DNA of 64,000 nt, taken from contig JASVEC010000022.1 of the NCBI GenBank assembly GCA_030770535.1, forward strand, positions 248,001 to 312,000, written 5' to 3'. The position numbers and the translations under genes were made by a program. Source of the DNA: Batkoa obscura. Its lineage: Eukaryota. The notes beneath the pieces were generated by a model that did not search any database, was not told the origin of the DNA, and saw only the letters and a program-made list of their open reading frames with translations. Below are positions 11,547 to 24,831 of this stretch, piece by piece (position 1 is the stretch's first letter; every line of letters begins with the position of its first letter).

Positions 11547-12960
11547 GGTTTTCTCTCAGGTTGTAAGTATCTGTTGGCTAATTTTTCTTTCTTTTCTCTG
11601 TTTTTCTCTTCTTAGTGAAGTTACATTCATAAACTTTTTATTTGCTGTTTACTGAATGGTTTGTAATTTTTACTATTATATTGAATGCCAATTTTTAATT
11701 TTTAAACTTACCAAAATTGTAAAAAAATATCAAATTAATTTCTTTCACATAAACTTTACACTCATTTCGGATCTAATCAGATACAGTGCTTAAAAAGATT
11801 GTCTCAAAGTGAAGGATTAAACTTCGGACCAAGTTTACAATATTATTTTTTTCATAGTTGAAATGCTTTTTATGAATCGATATTAAAAAACAAATCATTA
11901 TCAAGTTTTAAAGATGATTAGTAATAAACAAATTATAGCAGCTTTTTCTTAGAAATTACATGTCTGACACAGTGCTCATCAAAATTCTAAAATCAAAGTA
12001 AAAGGTTTAAAAAGTGTCAAATTATACTACTTGTAAATAGTAGGAAGACTAAAAGATCTGTTTTTTAAAATTTTACAACTAATTTTAGATCATTTTCAAC
12101 TAAAGGAAAAGAGGAAAAATTCTTTAGCTAGGAAGGATTTCTATTTGCAGATATGTACTTGGGTAGGATTAAGACCTGATTGGGATCCAAATATTAATTT
12201 ACAGTATTGGCGGTAGATAGCCCAATTAAATGAGGCAACGACCGATAGTAAAGAAAAAATGGAATAAGTTAGGAAGAGGCCTAAACCCCAGTTTATTGAG
12301 CTAGTGCTAAAATAATTTCATAGTGTACGAGAAGCCAAAACCCAGGTATACTAGGAATGTGTGAAAGCTTATTAAAACCTTAGATTATTTTTTAATAGTA
12401 ATTCATTTTGCAGTAGTACTTGTTACAGTTACTTCAATTTAAACACAAGATTCTTAGAAAAAACTACTGCAGCTAATCATTTGTACAATCGATTTTTCCA
12501 GAGCCAGATCCTGATTCTTACATTTTATCTAAATTTCAATCTGAATCTTTACTCCTAAATAAGGAATTAAGAATGTGGTATTGAGCTGAAGGAGCTGTCT
12601 TAAACCACTTCACAGGTAATCACACTTTTATCAAAATATGGAAGAAGAATTTTATCATGGATTTTGACAAAGATTTTTACTTTTGAAGGAATGGTTGAAA
12701 TGGTTGGTCAGACCCAAAATGTTATAAATAAAATTTACTATTAATTTAAGTTAAATATAGGTTTGGTATTTTAATTTTATATTTATTCACAATTTTAATG
12801 AACTTAAGGATAGGGAATCCGACATTGCCTGAAATACAATTAAAACAAAGATGTTTAATAAATAACTAACCAAGTAGTCTACTTATAAAAATAACTTAAA
12901 CAAGGCAAAAAGAGACAAAAGAAAAAACAATCTACAGAACTTATAAATCGATAAAAAGTC

Positions 12961-13980
12961 TTATCCGAAAAAACTAAAAACCTTGCTCATCAATTCAGAT
13001 AGACGATCGGACACTTTGGAATGTAAAGAGAAAAGTAAAATGGGGTTTATAATCGATATCGAAAATAGAGGCAAAAACATAGCAGCGGATAAAGTTGGGG
13101 ATAATGGAGAAGGATCATCATAGACATTAACTATGATGGCATGATAAATGATGATTGCAAGACTAGGAATAACACATATCAAATAGCTGGTCATTAACAA
13201 GGCAGCCTTGATAACAAAACGATCTGGTTTATATTCAATTACTCTTTTATCCTCTTCAATGGGTTTGAACGCAACATTTGTACTCAAAGAGTCCCTAATC
13301 TTATTGAAATGATTAGTAATAAAATTTTGTTTATTGCCACTTTTGTTTTTAGGATTAGTGATACTGATCGCAACAGGTACTTGTACAGAGCAGTTCAAGA
13401 CCTTCCTCAACATCAAGATTTTTGTGTAACAAAAGATAATAATTATTGTATGTAAAATTAAAAAAACTAATAGTGAATAAAACCAAATCCGTCCAAAAAC
13501 GCCACCATTAGGTTCTACCATACATATCATTCGTGAAGTAGCTAGGTGATAATTTTCTCCAATCGAGGCTAAACTCGATAGTAGTAAGCCTAAGCAGAAA
13601 TGTCCAGCAACTATCAGAAACATTGTAAAGCGGGGTATAACGATTTGAAAAATGTATAAATATCTTTCTATTGAAAGTAAAGCCACAGCACCTGTAGATA
13701 TAAATGGTGTTAAAGACTCAATGATTCCAACGAGTTGACATAATGAACTTGTGGTTAAAAAGTTGCTACCTATTGCATTAATTACGGTCTCTTGGATAAT
13801 ACCTATTGTTGGGCCTATCAAGTCATAGCAAGCTACAAGTAAGATTAGATTTAAGCCAGTATTTAGTTTGTCAGTTTTTTTGATAGAGAAGACAAGATAT
13901 ATCGATAAACAATTAAATAAAATGGCCAAAATGCAAAGGATCGAGGTAATGACTTCTACTGTTATTACAGAGTAGGGCAT
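12961..13980 (-). CDS. Family A 7TM GPCR-like protein 2
   Basis: Paralog of the flanking GPCRs; ATG at 13980 (MPYSV) chosen by homology to 17014. Confidence 0.85.
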   Translation of the reverse strand: MPYSVITVEVITSILCILAILFNCLSIYLVFSIKKTDKLNTGLNLILLVACYDLIGPTIGIIQETVINAIGSNFLTTSSLCQLVGIIESLTPFISTGAVALLSIERYLYIFQIVIPRFTMFLIVAGHFCLGLLLSSLASIGENYHLATSRMICMVEPNGGVFGRIWFYSLLVFLILHTIIIIFCYTKILMLRKVLNCSVQVPVAISITNPKNKSGNKQNFITNHFNKIRDSLSTNVAFKPIEEDKRVIEYKPDRFVIKAALLMTSYLICVIPSLAIIIYHAIIVNVYDDPSPLSPTLSAAMFLPLFSISIINPILLFSLHSKVSDRLSELMSKVFSFFG

Positions 13981-15043
13981 TTTTATTTGTTTTTTTATTG
14001 AAAAGTGAGTCAAATTATGATATGCTTTTATATATATAGATTGAGCTCGATCCGTATTTTTTGTTATGCTCAAAGTTATTCTTTAATGAATCAGGTGTAG
14101 TATCCTAATAATTTCTTTAATTAATTTATCTTATAAATTTAATTATTTTTTAAAACGTTTATAGATTTTTATTTCATAGAATTTGTATATATACTGATTG
14201 CTTATTCTATCGCTTATTGTGATATTTAGCTTAGTTCATATATTTTTGCAACATATCGTATTTTTAAAATGTAATGTTTTATTACTTTTAGTTATAGGTT
14301 TAGCTTTCACTAATATGCAGCTGCCTGATCTCTTTTGCGATGAGTTTAATTGTTCATTTTGGAGGAAACTTTATACTGAAATTTGATTTAGACACAAAGA
14401 TTAGGCTTTAGAAGAAGATAAACAAATTATTTCACCATAAAATTTTTATCAAATATTTCGTAAAAGAGATGAAATAGCTTAATTTTAATGTTAAATTGAA
14501 TGAAAAAGAAATTAATTAACCTGATTTAACAAACTTGATGAAATCGTGTATCTAGTAAAGTCTTATCAGTATATCCACACTTTAATTAATTAAAAATTAT
14601 GTATTAGCTATTAGGTAGCCCCATTCATGCTGGGAGTTTTATGCATTTCAAAAAGATAGCAAAAAATAACTGCAACAAATATTTCCTAAGTCAAAAACAA
14701 GCCCTATTAAGTAAATTTTTTAACTGTCACTGTTATAATTTGTGTTGTTTTTTAAACGCACAAAACTGCTAACATGAATGTGACTATCTGATATCTTGTT
14801 AAACCGTATTTGTTTTGATTTAATTTTAGTTTCAATGTTAACTTTATTTATATTTGATATATATGTACCTATAAACTTTCTTAATAACAACCAAATCCCT
14901 TAATTTGTAATAATTAACAATCTTATAGGTAGACAGCTAGGACAGTGATAATAAGGAGATATTCCTTGATTGCTTAAACAACTTGGCATTCTTTTAATAA
15001 GTATATGCTTAATACCAAAACTGTATATTTTTTTGTTTTATAT

Positions 15044-15142
15044 GAGGATGTATTTTTTTGTTTAAGAAATTTACTAATAATCTTTCCGCTCAAATAGCGC
15101 TTAAAAAATGGAAAAAGTGATGAAACAAAAAAAAACACCCCC
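15044..15142 (+). mobile_element. MITE copy
   Basis: GAGGATGTA...CACCCCC, TSD ATAT/ATAT. Confidence 0.9.
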
Positions 15143-17013
15143 ATATGGAGAAAAAATTGAACAAAAACCAATTTAAAATATGTTCGATATTATAGAAAAT
15201 ACAGGTAAACAATATAAAATTTTTTAGAGAAAATGATTATAGTTTTACCCATGATATTTTAATTTTTATTACAGTATTTCTTGTTTTGCTTACTTTCATT
15301 TTTAATAATTGTCGAATATACTTGTCCAAATTGTTTTCTTCATACAGCCGCGATAGGGTGAAAATACCATAATTGGCATTTTGAAAAAATTTAAAAATTG
15401 CCAATACAATTCTCAAAACTATGGGTCAAATTACCAAGATTATCATTATAAGTATCTTTAAAGTTAAATATAACAGTATCAAGATTGTTTTTAAAAAAAG
15501 TTATCAAAATAAAATAAACATATGTTGTAATACTATTTAGCACACATAGTATCTTATTATTTAATAAAAGCTAAAAACGTTATACCTATTATAGTTTTTA
15601 AAAAATATTTTAATTTATTCGACTTTACTGTTTTTCTACTATCTTTAGCTAGCTTCAGTAAAAACTTTGACATACTATAGCAACTTTATACCTCAAAAGT
15701 ATCGTTATTATAACTCAATTTTTTTAAAACAATTATCACTTTTTACTTAATAATATTTTCTATATTACAAAGTTAGGAATATAAACTTTTGTACTGCTAA
15801 ATCTTTCTGTTTTTTGTTTAAACCAAAATTTTACTTCAAATTGAACTGAATAGGTTGCTATAATATTGATTTTAAAACATAAGTTAAAAATAAAAAAATA
15901 TTTTTTTGAAAAAAACGTATCTATATTATAAATACTCATCAACGCTGTTAGATCTAAACAATCAATCCAATTATAATTGAGTAAGGACATTAATATTTTG
16001 CAAAACAAAAGTAAAAACGCAAATATCTTAGAAATAAAACCGCTGTAAAATATTTAAGAACTTATTATGTAATATGATATTATATGTATTGAATATTCCT
16101 ACTGTGTAGTTTTAGTTTATAATAAGGAGTTTTTTGGACGAATAACTTTTTTATCATTACATTTAGCTTTGCCGAAGGATACTCAGATTTCTGGATTAAA
16201 TAATTGAGAGTTGTGCTACTAAAATTCAACACAGGAGTTTAAAAGTTTAAAATTTTAACATATGACTGGAAAATAAAGTTAAATTAGATTAGATAACATT
16301 TAAAATGGAGCAGAGTCCTTATGAAATAATCTTAAGCATTGGTACAGTTTATACTTTTTTTTAAAAAGACTCCCCCTTTATCTTTCTATAACCTATCAAC
16401 CAACGCTAAAAATTTACTTTCAAAAAATAATCAAATTTTTGAGTTTGTCAGTTTTTAGAAAAGGTTTAGTTATTCGGTATACCAAAAACTAGCATCTAAA
16501 TTAATGATAAACAAAACAGGGTACAATTCTAATAAAATCACTAACTAGTTAGCTTTTATTAATTAAATTGCGGATAAACTACTGAGAGTTTACTTTAGAA
16601 CGATCTTACCCAGTTTATTTAATTTAGTTTTATTTTGAACTGTTTTAAATTGGTTTATATTAAATTATTATTAGAGTTTAAAAATTTTGGTAGTAATTAA
16701 AGTGTTTATAAAAATGTTATAGTATAAATTAATAGAATAGTATACAAAGCATATAATCTAAACTATCTTCTATAATAAATGATAGGAAAAGCAACTCCCG
16801 TATACAAAAACGTCAATAAAAAATAAAAAATTCTTAAAATAACTAAAGAATAAATAGATTCTTATAAAAAATTTAATTAAAAACTTCTTGGATACTTCAG
16901 CTACTTATAAAAGAATAGCTTTGATCATAATTAATATTAGGGGTCGAGACCAATCTATATATACATAAGAAAACCATAATTCGATTTATTTTTTTACTTA
17001 AAAAATATTAAAA

Positions 17014-18036
17014 ATGCCCTACTCAGTACTAGCAGTGGAGCTCATTGCTTCAATCATCTGTATTTTAGCCATTGCGTTCAATTGCTTATCTATTTACTTA
17101 GTCTTCTCCATTAAAAAAACTGACAACCTAAACACAGGTTTAAGCTTGATTTTACTCGTGGCTTGTTATGACTTGATAGGTCCAACAATAGGTATCATTC
17201 AAGAGACAGTGATAAGTACAACGGGCAGCAACTTTTTAACCACAAGTTCATTATGTCAACTCGTTGGAATCATTGAGTCTTTAACACCATTTATATCTAC
17301 AGGTGCTGTGGCTTTACTTTCAATAGAAAGATATTTATACATTTTTCAAATCATTGTTCCTCGTTTTACAATGCTCTTAATGACCGCTGGACACTTTTCT
17401 TTAGGCTTATTACTATCGAGTTTAGCCTCGATTGGAGAAAATTATCACCTAGCTACTTCACGAATGATATGTATGGTAGAACCTAATGGTGGCGTTTTTG
17501 GACGGATTTGGTTTTATTCACTATTAGTTTTTTTAATTTTACATACAATAATTATTATCTTTTGTTACACAAAAATCTTGATGTTGAGGAAGGTCTTGAA
17601 CTGCTCTGTACAAGTACCTGTTGCGATCAGTACCATTAATCCCAAGGATAATAAAAGTGATAATACACAAAATTTTATTACTAATCATTTTAACAAGATA
17701 AGAGATTCTTCGAACAGTAAGGATGCGTTTACACTCATTGAAGAGGATAAAAGAGTAATTGAATATAAACCAGATCGTTTTCTCATCAAAGCCATCCTGT
17801 TAATGACCAGCTATTTGATATGTATTATTCCTGGTCTTGCGATTTTTATTCATCATACTATCATAGTTAATGTCTACAATGATCCTTCTCCATTATCCCC
17901 AACTTTATCCGCTGTTATGTTCCTGCCTTTGTTTTCAATATCGCTTGTAAACCCCATTTTACTTATTTCTTTACATTCCAAAGTGTCTGATCGTCTATCT
18001 GAGTTGTTGAGTAAGATTTTTAGTTCCTTCAGATAA
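17014..18036 (+). CDS. Family A 7TM GPCR-like protein 3
   Basis: LSIERY and VNPIL motifs, 7 TM segments. Confidence 0.85.
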   Translation: MPYSVLAVELIASIICILAIAFNCLSIYLVFSIKKTDNLNTGLSLILLVACYDLIGPTIGIIQETVISTTGSNFLTTSSLCQLVGIIESLTPFISTGAVALLSIERYLYIFQIIVPRFTMLLMTAGHFSLGLLLSSLASIGENYHLATSRMICMVEPNGGVFGRIWFYSLLVFLILHTIIIIFCYTKILMLRKVLNCSVQVPVAISTINPKDNKSDNTQNFITNHFNKIRDSSNSKDAFTLIEEDKRVIEYKPDRFLIKAILLMTSYLICIIPGLAIFIHHTIIVNVYNDPSPLSPTLSAVMFLPLFSISLVNPILLISLHSKVSDRLSELLSKIFSSFR

Positions 18037-18959
18037 GGCTTTTCATCAATTTGTGAATATAGAAGTCCGTTTTTCTCTTTTCTTTCCTTCTTTTCATCCT
18101 CTCTTATGTGAAGTTGCTTTCATAAGCTGTTTCATTCGTTGTTTATTAAATGATTTTTAAATTTTATTCCATTATTGACAATGTAGACTTTTGAATTTTA
18201 AAATTATAAAACTACAATTACTTTGATAATTTTTTTTAAATGCAACTAATTGGAAACTCAAATAAAATGAACCAAATCATACTCTTTAGTAAAGTTGATT
18301 CCCTTAGTAAGCTTTAAATCCCGTTATCGTTAGAATGAGTAAAAAGAGTATAAAGTAATTATAAACATTTATAGCATGTTGAGTTTTAGTTTTTATAAAA
18401 AATATAAAATGATTAGAAGTTTAATTTTCAAAAAAGCTTAGTTTAATCTATTTGAAGAATAGCTGGAAAAGAATCATGATAAAATGAAGTGTGTCTGAAT
18501 ATAACCACTTTCCCATGTAACGCTGTAAAAAAGCCGTTATTTTGGCCTTTCTTATTTAAAGTATTGTTCTTTACACCTGTTGCATTTCTTTTGCGACCTA
18601 ACTAACTCTTCATTTGAAAGAAAAATCTATTTATATTTGTTAAAATTTGAAAATTAGGCTTTAAAGAAATTAGCTGTACATATGATTTAGCTATAAAAAT
18701 GATCACTAAAAAATTTGCAAAAGAACTGCAACAGGCGTAATTTATTGACTGGTATCTAGATTTCGATCCACTTATTCCAAATAATTTTATGGAAAGTCAA
18801 TTGTATCCAATAAAAACAAGCATAACTTAAACCAGCTATTTTAATTAGCTTTTAAAAAATCCAAGAATATTAAATGATCAAAAACTCTACCAACAAAAGG
18901 GAATAAAACATGGCAGTAACTCAAAAAATACATTATTATTAGTTTATTTTATCTAACCT

Positions 18960-19976
18960 ATGGTCTACTCAACCTTGCCAGTTGAAATATTGTGTTTGAC
19001 AATATGTATACTCTCATTGATTATTAATAGCATAGCCATCACAATTGTAGTCTATTTAAAAAAACAATCCAAGCTTACCAATGGCTTAAATTTGATCTTA
19101 TTAGTCTCAAGCTATGATCTGATAGCACCTGTGGTAGGTTTAGCGCAAGGGATAAGCTCAAGAGTCATAGGCTTTAATATTTTAGAAATTGAGTATTTAT
19201 GCCAGATTATTGGTATCCTTGAATCGTTAGTGCCTTTTCTTTCTACTGGCGCGGTTACCTTTTTATCGTTAGAAAGATATTTTTTTATTTTACAGATTAT
19301 TATTCCAAAATCAGTTACCATTGCAGTCACTAGTTTACATTTTGCTATTGGACTAACCTTGGCTGTACTGGCCTCAGTTCATGGGGATTATACTATGGCT
19401 AGCTCAAGGATGATATGTATGGTAAGGCCAAGCAGTGGTATCTTTGGTAGAATATGGTTTTATAGCTTATTGATCTTTTTAATTTTACATACAATCATCA
19501 TCGTCTTTTGCTATATCAAAATTATCACTTTAAGGAGACTGGTAAGTAAAACAATTAAGATACCTATTGAATCGATAGCCACCTCTAATCAAAGTCAAAA
19601 TCATACCACAGAAAATTTCATTACCAAACATTTCAATGAAATACCAATTGCTATGTCAGAGAACAGTGAAGAAACGGCGATACCTCCACAGAACTTCGTT
19701 AGTTTTAAACCGGATCGATTTGTTATTAAAGCAATGATACTAATGATTAGCTATCTGATTTGCTTACTACCTAGTATCGTCATCTTAATTTACCAGGCAG
19801 CGAGGTTCAATATGTATGGGAGTATTCATGTAGGACCTTTGTTGTCGAATTTGATGTTTTTACCACTATTTTCTTTATCCGTGATCAATCCTATCCTATT
19901 AATCTCGCTACATACAAAGGTTTCTAACCAGCTGAGCCTCTGTTTGGATGGCTTGTTTGCATGTTTTAAATTTTAA
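18960..19976 (+). CDS. Family A 7TM GPCR-like protein 4 (most divergent paralog)
   Basis: LSLERY and INPIL motifs, 7 TM segments. Confidence 0.85.
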   Translation: MVYSTLPVEILCLTICILSLIINSIAITIVVYLKKQSKLTNGLNLILLVSSYDLIAPVVGLAQGISSRVIGFNILEIEYLCQIIGILESLVPFLSTGAVTFLSLERYFFILQIIIPKSVTIAVTSLHFAIGLTLAVLASVHGDYTMASSRMICMVRPSSGIFGRIWFYSLLIFLILHTIIIVFCYIKIITLRRLVSKTIKIPIESIATSNQSQNHTTENFITKHFNEIPIAMSENSEETAIPPQNFVSFKPDRFVIKAMILMISYLICLLPSIVILIYQAARFNMYGSIHVGPLLSNLMFLPLFSLSVINPILLISLHTKVSNQLSLCLDGLFACFKF

Positions 19977-20454
19977 GTTTTTTTGTGTTAAAATATAATA
20001 TATAATAATGTGTTTTTAATTAACATTATGGCTTATATATCTATTTGAGTTGATATTACGGTTGATTTTTAACGGTAATTTGTTTCAATTGAAATGAAAA
20101 AATTATTGTATCCATTAGATTATTTTTACACTTAGAGCCTTGCATTAATAAAATTAGTAATTAAATAACTTTAAAAACGCCTGTAAATATTCATAATTCA
20201 TAAAACAATAGGACTTTTAATACTCCATAATTTCTAAGGTGGCAAATTGTATATAAATGAAAGTACTATTTGATATACTATAATAGTTTTAATTAGTTAA
20301 TAAACAACTTACCAACTTGATATTTATTTAAAGAAAAGAACTCATAAACTCCAAATCTAAATTTCTACTTGGAACTATTAATAATAGCTTATATTTGTGA
20401 AAATAACTTTTATAATAAAAGTAATATTTATCCTGTAAGATAGCATCAATATAT

Positions 20455-20552
20455 AGGGGTGTTTTTTTTTATTTCATCACTTTTTCCATCTTTAAGCGCT
20501 ATTTGAGTGGAAAGATTGTTAGTAGAATTCTTAAATACAGAAATACATCCCC
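20455..20552 (-). mobile_element. MITE copy
   Basis: AGGGGTGTT...CATCCCC, TSD ATAT/ATAT. Confidence 0.88.
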
Positions 20553-20582
20553 ATATATAACAAATTCCAAGGATACCACCTG

Positions 20583-22174
20583 TTATAATTGAACCAAATG
20601 TAATAAATGTGATACCACTATTTTCAATAAATTAATATAAGAATAGTACCAAATTTTCAGAAAAAATAATAGTTGATAATTAATGAAATAATTGTAAGAT
20701 ATAAACCAAGTTAGAAATAGTTTCATAGTGGTGATATCGAAGATGGGGTTTAGCTGTACTTTATGAAACAAAATAAACAAAATAAACAAAATAAACTGTT
20801 GATTTTTATCATACATTTGGAATTTTTTACTGTTTATTGCTTTAAGCGTATCTTTATTAAATGCAATATTATCTAAAAGCTATACTTTATCCTCATTATG
20901 ACTACTTTTGCTTTGAATGAGATAATGAAGTTGGTTGAATGAAGTTGAATTATCATGACTAATAACTTGGTTAAAAGGTAGAAATTTGAACATTACTTCC
21001 TTGCCATCTTTACTAATTACATCACATAATAGACTATTGCTATCAATTTTTAAAGTCAGATACATATAGATGACTCTTAAATCAATTGTCTTATACCAAC
21101 AGGAGTATGAATTTATATCCAGCTCTTCAATCAAAGGAGGATGATAAAATTCACTATTGATGATTATATTTAATATCAAAACTAATTTTATCAAGTTGAA
21201 ATTTCACTAAAATAAGGTCATATACCTTTTCATCATAAAATTTATAAAGCTTTCTTGGAGTATAATCCGATACCCTTAAATTATAGAAGTCCATGTTAAA
21301 TTGGGTATATCCTTTAGAATAAGAAATACTTTCATCAAAAAATCAAGTTTGTTCAGCCTATTATTATTCATGAATTAGCTTATTACTCTGTCAAAATGGC
21401 ATGATGGGATTTTGTCATTGCATTATGTGGTGCTTTGAGTTGAAAAGATGTATTCTTTGATGTATGTGTCTGATGATTGGATCTGAGAACTCACTGCCTA
21501 CTAAAGCAGCAATCAAAATAAGGCATGATGGACCAATGTTCAACTGTTTTACTATAGCTTGTTTATAAAGTAACGATTCTCGTTTACTAATACTATTCAA
21601 ATATAAAAAATTATACTCCGCATTAAAAATCATAAAGTCGGAGTCGTTGATTATGGTTTATAGCCTTCTTCATTTGCCAATATGGCCATATGTTGATCCG
21701 TATCACTAAAAGGACAAGCAACTGTTTGACTGTGTTTTTTTAATAAGCTAATAGATATTGATATTGAAAACAAAGGCATAGATGTGTTTTAACAATGTTT
21801 TTCTTTATATTTCTTTCCTCCAATGTTTTGATATAGTTAGCTACTTTTTGAATGTGTATTATTTTATTATTCGATTTGTTTATCGATGATTTAGACTTTA
21901 ATGGACTGTTTGGGTCTTTAAATGAGCATATAGTAAAATCTGGAGCTACCGGATTAATGTACGAAAGGAAAAGGGGGATAAAGGCATTTATATATATTTT
22001 TAATAACCCATAGTCCCCACCGCAATTATAGTCAAGATAATTTTAATAAATATGATATACTAAAGTATATTCATTGATCAAAAATTTATTACTCTTGTTT
22101 CTGAAAGTTAGTTTCAATTCTTTGGGTATAAAATTGGTCTTCTTTAAATAAGTGGTTAGCCCGAATATTATCAT
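20583..22174 (-). pseudogene. Asteroid/ASTE1-like (XPG/FEN1-type PIN domain) pseudogene; 3' end approximate
   Basis: Manual translation from ATG 22174: MIIFGLTTYL...LINEY...*...GGDY...DTDQHMAILANEEG (frameshift) NDSDFMIF...LIAALVGSEF, matching the MGxxGL, IDG, GGDY, EAD, DSDF and GND motifs of the family; stops and frameshift present. Confidence 0.7.
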
Positions 22175-22553
22175 TGTTTTTATCAAAATACAAAAGTTTA
22201 GCTATATCTGTCTACAGCGATTTTATTAAGTCTAAATCAGATTTAATAATCATTATTTTAACACAATTTAAATCATCGCTAATGAATTTGACTAAAATTT
22301 AACTGACAAACAATTAACACAGATTAAATTTATAATTTTCTTATAACAATATACAACTTTGAATGAAGCTTTTATATTTTTTTATAAAAAACATTAAGAA
22401 TTTGAAAAATATAATCTTATAAAAAAATTATAAATTATCGAAAAAACTTATATACAAACTACTATCAATCCAATCCAATGATAATCAAGATCTAAGATTA
22501 GAATTCAAAATCCAGAAAAAATAACCTTGAAAAATAAAATTCCACTTTTTAGA

Positions 22554-24525
22554 ATGTTTTACAAGCAAGCGGCAACCCAATTAACGAAAGGAGGACTACT
22601 TTCAAAAAAGAGCCAAGATGGAGCAATCAAAATCATACCAAAAAGTCATTTCACGGTATCATGTAAATTAAGCCATTCAGAAGCAGATAGAACAATTAAA
22701 AAGAAAGAAGGATCAGAAAAAGGAGTTAATACAAAAAAGAGCAACAAAATTGTATTCAATAATAAAAACCCATCGTTACAAGACTTTATATTGGCTTCTC
22801 AGAAGAAGGATCGATTGTCGAATGATTTAAATAAAGTATCACCTATTGAAGTGCCTTATTTAGCAAACGCTTATCACCTTAATACCAGTTCTGAAATGAA
22901 ATATTTTACGGAAGTCTATGGCTGTCAGGTAAATAAAACACAATTTTAATATATAGTTTATTAAATCAATCAGATGAATGTATCCGATGCCGAAATTCTT
23001 ACAGCAGTAATGGACAAAGCGGGGTACAAACAAACATCAGATATTAATGAAGCGGATGTTGTGTTTTTAGTTACAGTAAGTTTTTGTTGGATTTAGCTAC
23101 TAAAATGTGTATGATAATGTTTATTTAGTGCTCGATAAGGGATGCAGCTGAACAAAAGATATGGCATCGACTTAAACAACTTAAAAAAATGAAAAGACCT
23201 CATCATCCACAGAAATTACCACCAACTATAGGTGTGTTAGGGGTAACTATCTAGGTTCCAATTTTAAATAATAAATTAAACAAGCTTAATAGTGTATGGC
23301 TGAGCGCTTAAAGGACAAATTATTAGATGAAAAAAAATTAGTTGATTTAGTATGTGGGCCTGATGCTTATAGATCAATACCAAATCTATTAAATATACAT
23401 CAGACATCAACACAAGGAGTAGCCAATGTGATACTCTCAGCAGATGAAACCTATGCTGATATAGTACCTATTCGTAGGGATGAAAAGAGTCCTTCGGTAT
23501 TTGTATCGATCATGCGAGGTTGTAATAACATGTGTAGTTATTGTATCGTACCATTTACAAGGGGGATCGAACGTAGTAGACCAGTAAGTTCAATAGTTCA
23601 AGAAGTTCGTAGATTAAGTGATCAAGGGGTTAAAGAGGTTGTTTTATTGGGTCAGAATGTTAACTCGTATAGAGATACATCCGAAATAACTAGCTTTTCG
23701 TCAGATGGAACAAGTTCTGAGTTATCTAATGAAGGGTTTAAGACAATTTATAAACGTAAAGAAGGGGGTATTAGATTTGCAGAACTTATTGAAAAGGTGG
23801 CTCAAGTAGATCCAGAGATGAGAATTCGATTTACTTCCCCACACCCAAAAGATTTCCCAGATGCCTTATTGCACGTTATCAGAGAGAATCCAAATGTATG
23901 TAATAGTCTCCATTTACCAGCACAATCAGGAAACAGTGAAATTTTAGAAAAAATGCGACGAGGATATACACGAGAAGCTTACCTTCAGTTAATTGATCGA
24001 GTAAGAGAATTGATACCCCAGGTTTCTATTTCTTCAGATTTCATCACTGGTTTTTGCGGTGAAACAGAAGAGCAACATAAAGACACAGTAAGTTTAATGG
24101 AGATTGTGGGCTTTGATATGGCGTATATGTTTGCTTATTCTTTAAGAGAAGGCACCCATGCGCATAGGCGCTTTAAAGATGACGTACCTAAAGATGTTAA
24201 AAAAGCAAGACTTCAAGAGGTTATAGCCATGTTTCAAATGAGAGCTAAAGATCGGTTACAAGCGCTCGTTGGTAAGCCTCAGCTTATACTTATTGATGGT
24301 GTTCCACATCAAAAACATATTGATGTTGGTAAGGTGCTCGCTGGGAGAACAGATGGTAACCATAGGGCGTTTTTAAAGTTAGACCCAGCTGTTGATCAAT
24401 CACTTTATAATTTGAAGGTTGGAGATTATGCTGCTTTCATGCCTACTTCTGCTTCTTCAACCTCAATTACTGGGGTCCCTATGGAGCATACTACTTTACA
24501 AAAGTTTTATAGAACATATAATTAG
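22554..24525 (+). CDS. CDK5RAP1: MiaB/CDK5RAP1-like tRNA methylthiotransferase, probably mitochondrial; exons 22554-22928, 22974-23075, 23129-23242, 23293-24525
   Basis: YGCQMN, TCSIR and LGCMAER motifs are restored by three GT-AG introns; radical SAM CxxxCxxC (GCNNMCSYC); RFTSPHP; C-terminal TRAM-like region. Confidence 0.93.
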
Positions 24526-24831
24526 TTATAGATTGATAGAATGGTTTAATTTATTAATAAACTTTAAAATTTATTATATTTGAGTTATTTGAATCAGCTT
24601 TTTTCACTTTTATGAGATCAAGTTTAGATAAAATAGACAATAGTAAATTAAAAGCATTCACATGTTGGTCATGATTAAATAAATATTCTTTTAGAAATTA
24701 TACTTCATAGTTAAAACTTAATAAAAATATATTAATTTTAAGCCATTTTAATATTTAAAAAGCTGTAAATGAAACTAAAATATGACATAATTTTATTTAT
24801 AAAAATCAACTGTGAAAAGCTTTAAAATAAT

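Noticed and set aside
11750..12760. Slightly GC-richer interval between GPCR 1 and 2
   Set aside because: Trial translations gave no recognisable motif; may be a decayed element but cannot be supported
13981..14073. 31-aa N-terminal extension of GPCR 2
   Set aside because: Starts at TTG and overlaps the conserved promoter block; paralogs begin at MPYSV
14974..15171. Small ORFs over MITEs (also 56353..56574 and 57336..57521)
   Set aside because: Chance read-through of the MITE; their similarity reflects the repeat
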